Positions 1 through 9,038 are shown, numbered from the stretch's first letter. The stretch: 64,000 nt of DNA from Candidatus Binatia bacterium (GCA_963664015.2 CAXXLF010000002.1:2144001-2208000), one strand, 5' to 3'. Notes: generated from the sequence alone by a model not told the origin. A program made the numbers and translations.

Positions 1-79
1 AGAGAATTGGGTTTTCGTCTCTTCTTGTTCCATGTGCTTTTGGACGGCCATTTTTGGGCCATAAAAACAAAACGAGGTG

Positions 80-108
80 AAAGTAACCAATCAGGGGGGA
101 TATGTCAA
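80..108 (-). promoter_or_regulatory. sigma70-like promoter for a gene running off the left edge (ATG at 33, MEQEETKTQFS...)
   Basis: Minus strand TTGACA(108-103)-N17-TACTTT(85-80). Confidence 0.5.
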
Positions 109-135
109 CCCGGCGAAACCAGGGTTACAAAACAC

Positions 136-1017
136 CTAAAAAGGCTTTTCCCGTCCCGCGTAGATGACCTGTCTCTTAGCATCGTCTTTCTCCAGAGATC
201 TCAAATGGACATTGCGGAAGAGGGTAAGGGGCTCAGTTCGGCCATTGACGAAGTTTCCCTCGATCGCCTGCATCTGGGCTTCGCCAAGGGGATGGAGAAA
301 CTGTTCGTTTCGCTGGCGTAGTTCTTTGGCCCGGACCTGCTTGATCCGTTCTTTGACAACCTCGAATTCCTGTTCGCTCGGAGGTGTGGCGGCCAGATGA
401 GCGATGGTTTCAGGTCCATGGTATAGCTCGTCGGCGACGATTTCCTTTTCGATAGGGACGATTCGTGCAAAGAAGGGGTCCGACGGATCGAGCTGGCTCA
501 TCATATGATGCCAACCGACCGCACCGCCCTCGCCGCAAGCCAGGATCGCTGCAATCCCCCAGGGGGAGCTTCCCTTACAAACCCTCGCCCGCGTCGTGTA
601 GTAGGCGTAGCTGTATGGCCAGACGGCCTTGGTGTCTTCGAAGCTCCCTCCAAAACGCCAACCGTAGGCACCGGGATTACCGTAGCGCTGCCAATCTTTG
701 ACCGGACATGGCTTGTTATCCAGGTACCAGATGAGGACCTCCATGTATAAGGCATAGTGTTCCACCTCTTCGGTGGCGTCGTGGAGGGCCTTTTTGACTT
801 CGTGAATGTTTCCCAGGGGTTCGGTCGGGCCGAGGAGCCTTCGGGCATGAACGTGTGCCGCCGTGTATTCCTTTGCCGCCTGAAGGGCTAGCCAGTGGAT
901 ATCGCGTTCCCGCGTCCGCTGTGCCACGTACCCATCGACGACCTGCTTCATGGCGGCAGCCGAGCGGTCCATAATCTCCAAAATCTCTTCATGCACTTTA
1001 TCCGGTGAAAGCGCCAT
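136..1017 (-). CDS. uncharacterised ferritin-like (diiron-carboxylate) protein
   Basis: 293 aa; E(AAKEY)...EEVEH...GEGG...DELYH matches the E-ExxH-E-ExxH diiron pattern; RBS GGGAGGGG upstream. Confidence 0.65.
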   Translation of the reverse strand: MALSPDKVHEEILEIMDRSAAAMKQVVDGYVAQRTRERDIHWLALQAAKEYTAAHVHARRLLGPTEPLGNIHEVKKALHDATEEVEHYALYMEVLIWYLDNKPCPVKDWQRYGNPGAYGWRFGGSFEDTKAVWPYSYAYYTTRARVCKGSSPWGIAAILACGEGGAVGWHHMMSQLDPSDPFFARIVPIEKEIVADELYHGPETIAHLAATPPSEQEFEVVKERIKQVRAKELRQRNEQFLHPLGEAQMQAIEGNFVNGRTEPLTLFRNVHLRSLEKDDAKRQVIYAGREKPF

Positions 1018-1103
1018 ATTACCCCTCCCCTGTCTTTCCCGTTATCTCTTAAATGCTTTCTGATGGAATGTTTAACAGAACGCCTTCAAGTCCGTAAAGA
1101 GTT

Positions 1104-1380
1104 TTGACCGCCGATCAATGCGGATGGTCACAGATTAAGAGTTATTTAAGAATGCTCACCGCAGAGGTCGCAAAGAATTACTTTTTTTGTTTGTCGGGAG
1201 ACGACGACAAACAAAAACATGCCTTCTTCAGAGTAAGTCTTTTGCCCAATCGTCGTCTCCCGATTGGGCAAAAATTCTTCCCTCGGCGTACTCTGCGTCT
1301 CTGCAGTGAAATGTCCGAATCCTTATCTGCGATAATCTGCGGTTAATTATTCCTAACGCTTTGCGCCATGCGCTTAGCGC
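1104..1380. repeat. nested inverted-repeat element with twin 13-bp hairpins whose loops are complementary
   Basis: TTTTTGTTTGTCG-GGAGACGA-CGACAAACAAAAA (1184-1217) and TTTTGCCCAATCG-TCGTCTCC-CGATTGGGCAAAA (1240-1273); outer imperfect IR 1156-1175/1291-1309; 1309-1377 recurs at 24934-25010. Confidence 0.8.
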
Positions 1381-1397
1381 TTTGTTGCCTGCTGTGC

Positions 1398-2441
1398 CTA
1401 GATTTCAATGCCGATGCCTGCTTGGCGGGCCTTATCATAAACCAATTTGCCCAGCGCCATAAAGCCTACCCCCTGGTCGCTGTTTTGTTTGAAGAGGGTG
1501 ATTTCTTGTGGATTGGATCGGCCTGGGATCTTGCCCGCAACCAGCTGCCCGAGTTCACCGATGTCTTTCCAGCCAATGATATCCCTGTTGATTGGTTCGA
1601 GCAGGTCCCCTTGCTCGTCCTGTCGTGCTTGTTCCACCAGCGTGGCAACAATGACATCAGCGCGCCGTAACACCTCGTCATCGAGCTCTCGTCTCGGGGA
1701 TGAAACCAGTCCCTGTTCGAGCAGTTCTTTGTTACTGCCGACGATGGAGGTTACGTGGACTCCGGGAGTCAACCACTCGCCGTAAAGGACCGGGACGTTG
1801 CTTCCGGTAGCGCAAACCACCAAGTCGGCAGCTGAGGCTGCCTGCTCCGGATGGTTTACGGCTTCCAGTTCGGCTTGGACGTGCTTTTGCATTTGTGCGC
1901 AGAATGCACTGCGGTTTTCCCGAATCCGACTGTAGACCTTAACCTTTTCAATGGGTCGGATGGCGCACATGGTCATCAAGTGGCGACGGGCTTGGCGCCC
2001 GGTGCCGTAAAGTCCCAGGACCCGGGCGTCCGGTCGGGCAAGGACCCTTGTTCCGACGGCGCTCGTGATGCTCGTCTCGGTCGCAAACATCTCATTGGGG
2101 CCATCGAATTCAAAGAGCGGTAGGGATCCAACGATGAGGGCCAGTAGATCGGCGGATTCGCTGTCGTAGAGTACGTATACTCTGGCACCTGCATGAGCGT
2201 ACTGTTGGGCCTCACGGGTATAGCTGAAACGTTCGTAATGAATGAAGGTCCCGGCAGCGCTCAGATCATGGCATCCCCCGGGGTGAATCGTGAGCCTTCG
2301 ATCCTCATGCAGCATACGCAGGCGTGGTAGGCTGAAGTGGGGTCTCTCCCCCTGATTGCGAAAGCCCTGTTCCACGGCGTCAATTGCCTCATGGAGGTTG
2401 ATCAAGCCCTTGAGATCCTGAGATTTTATAACGAGGGCCAT
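1398..2441 (-). CDS. ornithine cyclodeaminase/mu-crystallin family protein (divergent)
   Basis: GTGRQA NAD-binding motif, ADLVVCAT..PG.HV, RRELDD, GDL..ELG, ITLFK C-terminus. Confidence 0.85.
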   Translation of the reverse strand: MALVIKSQDLKGLINLHEAIDAVEQGFRNQGERPHFSLPRLRMLHEDRRLTIHPGGCHDLSAAGTFIHYERFSYTREAQQYAHAGARVYVLYDSESADLLALIVGSLPLFEFDGPNEMFATETSITSAVGTRVLARPDARVLGLYGTGRQARRHLMTMCAIRPIEKVKVYSRIRENRSAFCAQMQKHVQAELEAVNHPEQAASAADLVVCATGSNVPVLYGEWLTPGVHVTSIVGSNKELLEQGLVSSPRRELDDEVLRRADVIVATLVEQARQDEQGDLLEPINRDIIGWKDIGELGQLVAGKIPGRSNPQEITLFKQNSDQGVGFMALGKLVYDKARQAGIGIEI

Positions 2442-2446
2442 AGGTC

Positions 2447-2672
2447 TATCCGCCTTCGCAGAAGATCATGGGTGGCCTACTCCGCCGCCGTAGCCTAGGG
2501 CTACGATGGCTGGATAAGCCCTGGGATGAATGCGACGGTCGGACCCTCCGCCCTGCGGCCCAAAGCCTTCGGGTGACGGGCCACAGCTCGAAGAGCAAAG
2601 GAGGGTGCTTCGGCGGATTCCGCCGAAGAAATGAAGGACACCCCGGTTGTAAGCCCGTGGTGTCTTCATTTT
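2447..2672. mobile_element. non-coding multi-hairpin element, MITE/REP-like with an IS200/IS605-type end hairpin
   Basis: Hairpins CTTCGGCGG-ATT-CCGCCGAAG, AAATGAAGGACACC...GGTGTCTTCATTT, CGTAGCC-TAG-GGCTACG, ACCCTCC/GGAGGGT; no transposase. Confidence 0.5.
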
Positions 2673-2780
2673 CCGTCCCGCTCAAACCCTTGGAACACAC
2701 GGGTGGGAGCATACAACGAGGGTGCGTGAGGGGCAACCGGTTAGTTGTGAATCGGAATCTGCGGTGAGATACGCTAAGGC

Positions 2781-3842
2781 TCAAAGCCCGTATAGGGCGA
2801 GGGGATTGTCTCCCAGAATCTTGTCGATAGACTCGCTTGGGATTTTGCCGTCGGTCTTGAGCTTGCGCAGCGCGTTGATCTCCGATGCGGTGTCGTTGTG
2901 ACCGTAATCAGTCCCCAGAACGATATGGTTGTCTCCTACGTGTTCGAGAATGTAGGGCAGATCGTCGCTGGTCTGGCAGGCTACATAAATGTGGTTCTCC
3001 CTGAGGAGTTCCGTGGCAGGCCAAGCCTTCCGTTTTTTGTGGTAACCGATTTCCAGGTGGTTCATGACGTATGGGAGCCATTCGGCACTGACCTCGACAA
3101 AGGCCCAGCGCAGGTCGGGAAACTTTTGCGGTAACTCGGTAGTGATGAGGCTGCCGAAAAAGTTAATGGGGCCGAATTTAAACTGTGCCAGACTGGCTCC
3201 CCGCCCGAAAATATCGAACATGTCCAGATTCCCCTGTGAGGCATGAACACAAATGGGCATTCCCAGACGGCTCGCCTCTTGATAGAGGGGGAAAAAATAC
3301 GGGTCCGTGGGGAGCTTGTCGGCCTCGACCCCTCGTATAAAGACGCCGCAGGCGCCGTTCTCCTTGCCGAAGTTTAACTCCTCGATAGCTTGGTCCAGGT
3401 AGTGGAGTGGCGGTATGACTACCCAGCGCAGGCGGCCTTCCCCTGCTTTCCAGATATCGGCAAGCCAGCGGTTGTAGCTCTTGCACAAGGCCGTGTCCAC
3501 ATGGGGCAAGGGCGTCAGGGCCCGTAAAAAGAGGCTTGGGTAGAGCACCTGAACATTGATCCCCAGCTCGTCCATATGGGCAAGGCGGGCTTCTATATCC
3601 TCCATCTCCCGCGTCTCTCGGGCGGTGTCGTATCCGATGTTTCCGTCCTTGGCGAAGACCCGGTTCCCGATCATCCAGTACTCGCCTGCCTGCCGCCTGC
3701 CGTCAGTCGGTTTCGCCGGGTGTTTGAAGACCATGATACGTGGCCCAAATGCCCGTTCACTTTCACTCATGTACTCCCAGGTTCGCTCCCATTCCACCAC
3801 ATGCGCGTCGGCGTCAATGATCGACATTGGTTCAATCCTCAT
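2781..3842 (-). CDS. amidohydrolase_2 family protein (decarboxylase/hydratase-like)
   Basis: IDADAHVVE, QVLYPS, YNRWLAD, PICVH, GTDYGHND. Confidence 0.9.
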   Translation of the reverse strand: MRIEPMSIIDADAHVVEWERTWEYMSESERAFGPRIMVFKHPAKPTDGRRQAGEYWMIGNRVFAKDGNIGYDTARETREMEDIEARLAHMDELGINVQVLYPSLFLRALTPLPHVDTALCKSYNRWLADIWKAGEGRLRWVVIPPLHYLDQAIEELNFGKENGACGVFIRGVEADKLPTDPYFFPLYQEASRLGMPICVHASQGNLDMFDIFGRGASLAQFKFGPINFFGSLITTELPQKFPDLRWAFVEVSAEWLPYVMNHLEIGYHKKRKAWPATELLRENHIYVACQTSDDLPYILEHVGDNHIVLGTDYGHNDTASEINALRKLKTDGKIPSESIDKILGDNPLALYGL

Positions 3843-4932
3843 TTTTTGCGAGTTTGGGAATGCTGATGTTGTAAAGCCGAGCTACGTTCTCTCGCAGCAG
3901 CTTGGCCCGAGTCTCGGAGGGAAGGCCTCCCATGTCTCTGGCCACGATGTCACGTGAGTGAGGCCACGTGGAATTGCCATGGGGGTAATCATTGGACCAC
4001 ATACAGTTATCAGTTCCCCACCACGACAGCATATGGCCTCCCACGGCATCGTTAAAAAAGGTGGCGTACACCTGCCGGTGGAAGTACTCGCTGGGCAGCA
4101 GCTTTATGGATAACGCAGAGGGCCGACTGGAGGCAAAGCGTTTGAAGTAGTAATCCCACTGCTCAAGGACGAACGGGATCCAACCGATCTCATTCTCTAC
4201 GCAAACGACTTTGAGCCGGGGAAATCGCTCCAGCACGCCGGAGTAGATAATGTCGTATAAGGTGTCAACGGCCTGGAACATCTTGTGGTTCACGCTGCTC
4301 CGGTTTTGGTTGATGCTGGGATCGGGTGCCTGGACAGTGGGCTGTTCCAGGGCGCGGCCCTTGCTGTAGCCGTGGCCGCTCAGGATGTGGAGGTTGACCG
4401 GCATCTCCAGTTCCTGAGCCGCTGCCCAGAATCGCTCGTAGTGGTCAGAGGTAAAAGGTAATTCAGGCGGAGGAACCTGCCAGATGACTGTCCCGCGAAG
4501 CCCGGCCTTCCGGCACCGCTCCATCTCCTCTATGGCCCCGTCGATGTCATACATGGAAAGCATGGCAAGGCCAATGAGTTGGTCCGGCGCTGCCTGGCAG
4601 TAATCAATAAGCCAATCGTTGTAGACCCGCGTGCAGGCCTTTTCCAGGGAAGGGTCATCCAGGCTCAAGACTTTGAGCCCGTGGGTGGGGTAGAGGACTT
4701 CCCCGCTGACACCGTCGGCCGCCATCTCTTTGACCCGCTGCCTCTTATCCATGGCCCCGGGATGATCGTTTTTCCTGCGGCCGCCGAAGCCCGGGGCACG
4801 GTCTTGGAAGGCCTTGGGCAGTTGTTTCTTCCAAAGGCCCTCGGGCTCGATGACATGGGAGTCCGATGATATGAGAATCTCGTCGGCAATCGGTGTGGCC
4901 GGTCGGCCGTAAGTGCGTTCTAAAACAGCCAT
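3832..4932 (-). CDS. amidohydrolase_2 family protein
   Basis: ISSDSHVIEP, EVLYPT, YNDWL, PVNLH, VENEIGW, WSNDYPH. Confidence 0.9.
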   Translation of the reverse strand: MAVLERTYGRPATPIADEILISSDSHVIEPEGLWKKQLPKAFQDRAPGFGGRRKNDHPGAMDKRQRVKEMAADGVSGEVLYPTHGLKVLSLDDPSLEKACTRVYNDWLIDYCQAAPDQLIGLAMLSMYDIDGAIEEMERCRKAGLRGTVIWQVPPPELPFTSDHYERFWAAAQELEMPVNLHILSGHGYSKGRALEQPTVQAPDPSINQNRSSVNHKMFQAVDTLYDIIYSGVLERFPRLKVVCVENEIGWIPFVLEQWDYYFKRFASSRPSALSIKLLPSEYFHRQVYATFFNDAVGGHMLSWWGTDNCMWSNDYPHGNSTWPHSRDIVARDMGGLPSETRAKLLRENVARLYNISIPKLAKNED

Positions 4933-4971
4933 TACTCCGTCTTTCCCATTGGATGATCGATTGGCGTGGAA

Positions 4972-5412
4972 TTATGCGCCGAAGAATTTACCTGGGATCG
5001 GTACGCCTGGGATATTTTTGTTTTCCTCATCCGAAAGGGGGCGCCCATGGGTTCCCAAGCGATAGCCGCCCTCGGGTTTTCTGCCGGCGCCGACTCGGAC
5101 CAGCACCAGGTTCTCATTACCCGTGCTCTGAAAGTAGTAATAAGCGCCCCTGGGCAGCATGATCCCCTCGTGTTTGTTGACCACAGTCGTGTTTCCGGAT
5201 TCGTCATGGAAGGTCGCCTGACCTTGCATAATTATGAACGAGTGATCTTCGTCCTGGTGCGCATGGAGTCCGTTTTCGCCCCCTTCAGCGTATACCTTGA
5301 TCCGTACTTTCAGCAGATCCGTCCCGGCGACAGTCTTATTCGTTCGCCCAGCCGATAAGAGCGGCGTCTTGAGAGAGAAGATCTGCGCTTTGGGTCGACT
5401 CTCAGTTTTCAT
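4972..5412 (-). CDS. cupin domain protein
   Basis: GGENGLHAHQDEDHSFIIMQGQA cupin motif 1; PRGAYYYF motif 2 lacks the usual His. Confidence 0.85.
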   Translation of the reverse strand: MKTESRPKAQIFSLKTPLLSAGRTNKTVAGTDLLKVRIKVYAEGGENGLHAHQDEDHSFIIMQGQATFHDESGNTTVVNKHEGIMLPRGAYYYFQSTGNENLVLVRVGAGRKPEGGYRLGTHGRPLSDEENKNIPGVPIPGKFFGA

Positions 5413-5516
5413 GTGGACCTCCTTCCTGCCTCCCGTCTTATCCCCCTATCGTTCGGATCGAGCCTCCGGTCGATGGAATTCTATTATACCCTGTCCCAAT
5501 GCTTCTGCACCCGCCC

Positions 5517-6716
5517 TTACGGATGGGTACTGGAAACCCAGCGTTGAGCAGCACCGGGTTGGAATTTCTGCTGGCGGCGATCTCGCATCTTCTGTAAGAA
5601 TCCGGTCAACCCGGTTTCAATGATATCATGGGTTGGGTCTCGGATGATTCCGAGGAGATCTGCTCCCGGCTGGACCTTATCTATATCCCGAGCCAATAGC
5701 TCACGCAACATCATGATCCCGCGATCGGGAGTCGCCAATCGCTCGGTGGTCCGATTGGCGATGGGGCCCTGGGTTTCCCAAGCCATGTAATCCTGGGCGT
5801 CTACCCGGTCCAGTCTGTGTTTGGTGAATGGGTGACGCGCGTCAACGGGAGTCTTGAAAGGCTCGACATATTCCACGGCTGGCTCATAATCCTGGGGTAC
5901 AGGCTTGCCGTCCTCCGAATGCTCGAAGATCCCGTAATAGATTTGCGTATGGGTGTCGTCAACGGGTACGCGAATATGGGTGTAATTGGCGAGCCGGAGA
6001 ACGTTGGGGAAGATCAGAGGATGTTCGTCCACGAAGCCAACTTTATAGGTTCGCTTCTTCATGATGCCATAGGGGACATTGATGAACTCGTCCTTTTCTA
6101 CGTCATCGGTATGTCCCCGCGTCGTGTTGGTTGCGCTTCTTCGCCTGGCTGTCGCATCCTGATGCAGAATCTGAAGATGCGCGGGGTCCACCGAGTTCTC
6201 CATGGCCTGAAACCAGTTGCAGTCGAGTTGAGGTTTTACGGAGATCCGCCACTTCCCATCGGGCCGCGCCCAGACATCGTACTTGGGGATTATCGGCGTA
6301 GGTTGCGGGCCCATATAGGTCCAGTACAGCCCTACGAAGTTTTGTACCGGATAGGCAGTGTTCTTTACCGTCAAGTGAAACTTGCTCTCCGCGAGCTCCG
6401 CTGGGCATTCTAAACAGTTCCCCTTCACGTCGTACAGCCAGCCGTGATAGGCGCAGGCGATTCCCCTTCCCTCAACTCGGCCGTACGCCATGGATGCCCC
6501 GCGGTGGCAACAACGGTCGCCGATCAAACCGACACGGCCGCTTCGGTCCTTGAAGAGAACCAGGTCCTCACCCAAAATACGGACGAACTTGGTGGGATTC
6601 TCTTCGGTCAGCTCTTGGCCCACAACTACCGGGTATCAGTAGCGACGGAGTAGATTTCCCGCCGGTGTGCCCGGACCTACCGGGGTCAATGTTTCGTTTT
6701 CTTCCCGCGTCAACAT
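5517..6716 (-). pseudogene. Rieske non-heme iron oxygenase (phthalate 4,5-dioxygenase/LigX-like) with an in-frame stop
   Basis: Start ATG 6716 MLTREENETLTPVGPGTPAGNLLRRY*YPV; TGA 6638-6636 at the conserved RRYW Trp; CCHR..CAYH Rieske motif; ENSVDPAHLQILH iron motif. Confidence 0.8.
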
Positions 6717-6738
6717 GATAGGTGCCTGCTTCGATCTT

Positions 6739-7890
6739 TTAACGATAGACAGATTCAGGCATCTGGAACTCTGCCCCCGATCTTTTCAATGCTTCTGTAA
6801 AGTCTTTGCGTACCTGAGGGTCTTCGTCCCGGTACTCGATGGTATTTCCGCCCTGGGACTGGTCCAGGTTCCAGGTCGTCTCATCGCCCGGCGCCCCGTA
6901 CACTGGCCGCGGATAGCCGCCGAGAAAAGCGAGAACTCGAAAGCGCTCTTTTGAGGTGCCAAAGTGGGCATGATACCAGTTATCACCGCCAGGAGCTGCA
7001 CTGATGAGCCCACCCTCGGTATAATCTTGTCTCTTGACCATATGGCCTTTCCCGGTTTCCCATGGACGGATTCCTAGCTCCCTGGGCCATGTGATGGAGT
7101 ATCCCTGCCCGCCCACACAGACCACGACCGCCCCCGATGGATGGTAGTGGGCTTTGGAGTATCGCCCCGGCGGGTACTGGGCGAGAAAACCTCGGAAGGT
7201 GTTTCCGGAAAGTTGCCAAGTAAAATGGCGGTGGCCGGCACCCCGTTGGTTTTCCAGTGGTAGCTCACAGTTCATAGTGTCGGGTATCAGGTTGCTGGGG
7301 TTGATGTATCGACCCGAATGCGGGTTGGTTGTCAGTTGATCAGCGGGCTTGAAGTAGTCCGCGTTGGCTCCGTAACGGTCGTCGAATTCGAAAGAATTCT
7401 CAAATATGAATTGACGGCTCCGGTAAAGGGCCATGATGGGAGGCGCATTGGTGGCAACGAGCACCAGGGCCGGGCTGGATGCGGCATTCACCAGACGATG
7501 CCAGGTATTGAGAGGGGAAGAGAAGAGACTGCTTTTCTGCCACTCAAAGACCTGCTTCTTTTGGGGACTGCTGTCTTTCCAGATCTCAGTGGTACCGCGG
7601 CCCTCCACAACGTAGTATATCTCTTCGTACATGTGCCTTTCGGCGTTCAGGGCCCCCCCGGGAGGGATTTGGATAAGATACAGGCCGGATCTCCCGCCGA
7701 TCCCGTTAAGCTCCAAATAAGCGCCCTGGCCGCCGGTCCGTTTCCAGGGACCCAGAGTCACATCTCTCACATCATAAATACCCAGGCCCCGGACGATTGG
7801 AATGCCCTCTTCCTCAATAAAAGACTCGTAGTCTGTCGGAGGCCGATTCCAGCGGAAACGCCCTACGACTTTTAGATCTTCCTCAGCCAT
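6739..7890 (-). CDS. bicupin protein (gentisate-dioxygenase-like fold)
   Basis: Likely start 7890 (MAEEDLK, RBS GGAGG); ERHMYEEIYYV..G.G..WH and KAHYH..WYHAH cupin motifs. Confidence 0.8.
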   Translation of the reverse strand: MAEEDLKVVGRFRWNRPPTDYESFIEEEGIPIVRGLGIYDVRDVTLGPWKRTGGQGAYLELNGIGGRSGLYLIQIPPGGALNAERHMYEEIYYVVEGRGTTEIWKDSSPQKKQVFEWQKSSLFSSPLNTWHRLVNAASSPALVLVATNAPPIMALYRSRQFIFENSFEFDDRYGANADYFKPADQLTTNPHSGRYINPSNLIPDTMNCELPLENQRGAGHRHFTWQLSGNTFRGFLAQYPPGRYSKAHYHPSGAVVVCVGGQGYSITWPRELGIRPWETGKGHMVKRQDYTEGGLISAAPGGDNWYHAHFGTSKERFRVLAFLGGYPRPVYGAPGDETTWNLDQSQGGNTIEYRDEDPQVRKDFTEALKRSGAEFQMPESVYR

Positions 7891-8287
7891 GACTTTCCCT
7901 CCAGATGTATAATCCCAGGTAAATTTTTCACTAGCGGTGTTGAACTGGACTCCGTCCAAATCGAAAAGCGACCCGATGCAGAAATTGGAGTGCCAGACTC
8001 GTGGGTGCCCAATACGCAGAACTCCTATACTGATGGCACATATATACCTCTCCAACTTCCTTGGCAAGAGGGTTTTAACGGTTCCGCGGCCCTTCAAAAG
8101 CACAATTTTCCCATCTCGTTATGGAACCGGGCCAACAGGATTTACGGTCTCCGCTTGACACCGCCAGCCCAGTGATATAGACGCCGATGGAGTCGTCCGC
8201 CGTTGATTACTCTCTCCCCACACTGCCCATGGGTGGAAAAAGGCGGGTGGGTTCCCAATCTAATCCAATTCAGGAGGTTCCAGACCC

Positions 8288-8920
8288 ATGGCCTTTTCAA
8301 CCATTGAACCAGAAAAAACAGGGCTTCTCTTCTTCGACATGCTCAATGTCTACTACCGAAACCCGAAACGTGAAATTAAAAGCAAAGCCCTGGAAACGGT
8401 AATGGCCAATGCAGTCCAATTGCGTGATGCAGCCCGGGCTGCGAGCATTCCCATTTTCTACGCCAAGGCGGATCATCGGCCGGACGGTTCAGACACAGAT
8501 CCTCTGCTTACGGATACGGACATGAGGTTGAATCCCTGGAAAGACCCCGAACGGATCGGCAGGCAGGTACCGGCTGCGCAGCATGGTTCATGGGAAGCAG
8601 AGGTGATCGACGAAATTGCGCCCGAGCCATCGGACTATCTGATTAACAAGCACCGATGGAGCGCGTTCTTTCAAACTCACCTGGAGTTGTCCCTGAGGGC
8701 ACGAGGAATCGATACCGTATTGGTGTCCGGGGGAGCGACCGAGATCGGAGTGGCAAGCACCGCGTATTCGGCTCGAGACTTGGGGATTAACCTGATTATT
8801 GTTAAAGACGCCTGCTCCTCCGGCCACCCGGAAATTCTGGCAATGTACATGGACAAGGTATTCCCTCGGATGGGGCGGGTTCGTACCACCGAACAGGCCA
8901 TAGAGATGATCCGACGGTAG
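8288..8920 (+). CDS. isochorismatase-family hydrolase (YecD-like, nucleophile Cys absent)
   Basis: LLFFDMLN, KHRWSAF, GGATEIGVASTA, DACSS; RBS AGGAGG. Confidence 0.85.
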   Translation: MAFSTIEPEKTGLLFFDMLNVYYRNPKREIKSKALETVMANAVQLRDAARAASIPIFYAKADHRPDGSDTDPLLTDTDMRLNPWKDPERIGRQVPAAQHGSWEAEVIDEIAPEPSDYLINKHRWSAFFQTHLELSLRARGIDTVLVSGGATEIGVASTAYSARDLGINLIIVKDACSSGHPEILAMYMDKVFPRMGRVRTTEQAIEMIRR

Positions 8921-9038
8921 GCTGAGGAGTAGCTGATTTCTTGACCGGGCTTTGTGGGATGGATAGGATCAACTTGGATTAACTTGATTGAATATTCTTT
9001 CGCAGAAGACCGAGGGCTTAAGCCCTTGGTCGCTTTAT

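Noticed and set aside
1104-1380. CRISPR array or intrinsic terminators
   Set aside because: No direct repeats with spacers and no cas genes; the hairpins have T-runs 5' and A-runs 3', the wrong polarity for terminators.
2446-2784. Short ORFs 2446-2784, 2466-2669 and 2468-2767 as proteins
   Set aside because: Pro/Arg-rich translations of palindromic DNA with no recognisable motifs.
7891-8103. N-terminal extensions in the ORF track (bicupin here; likewise trxB, murA, hisF, tkt, rpmE, VOC)
   Set aside because: Family homology and RBS positions point to downstream starts.
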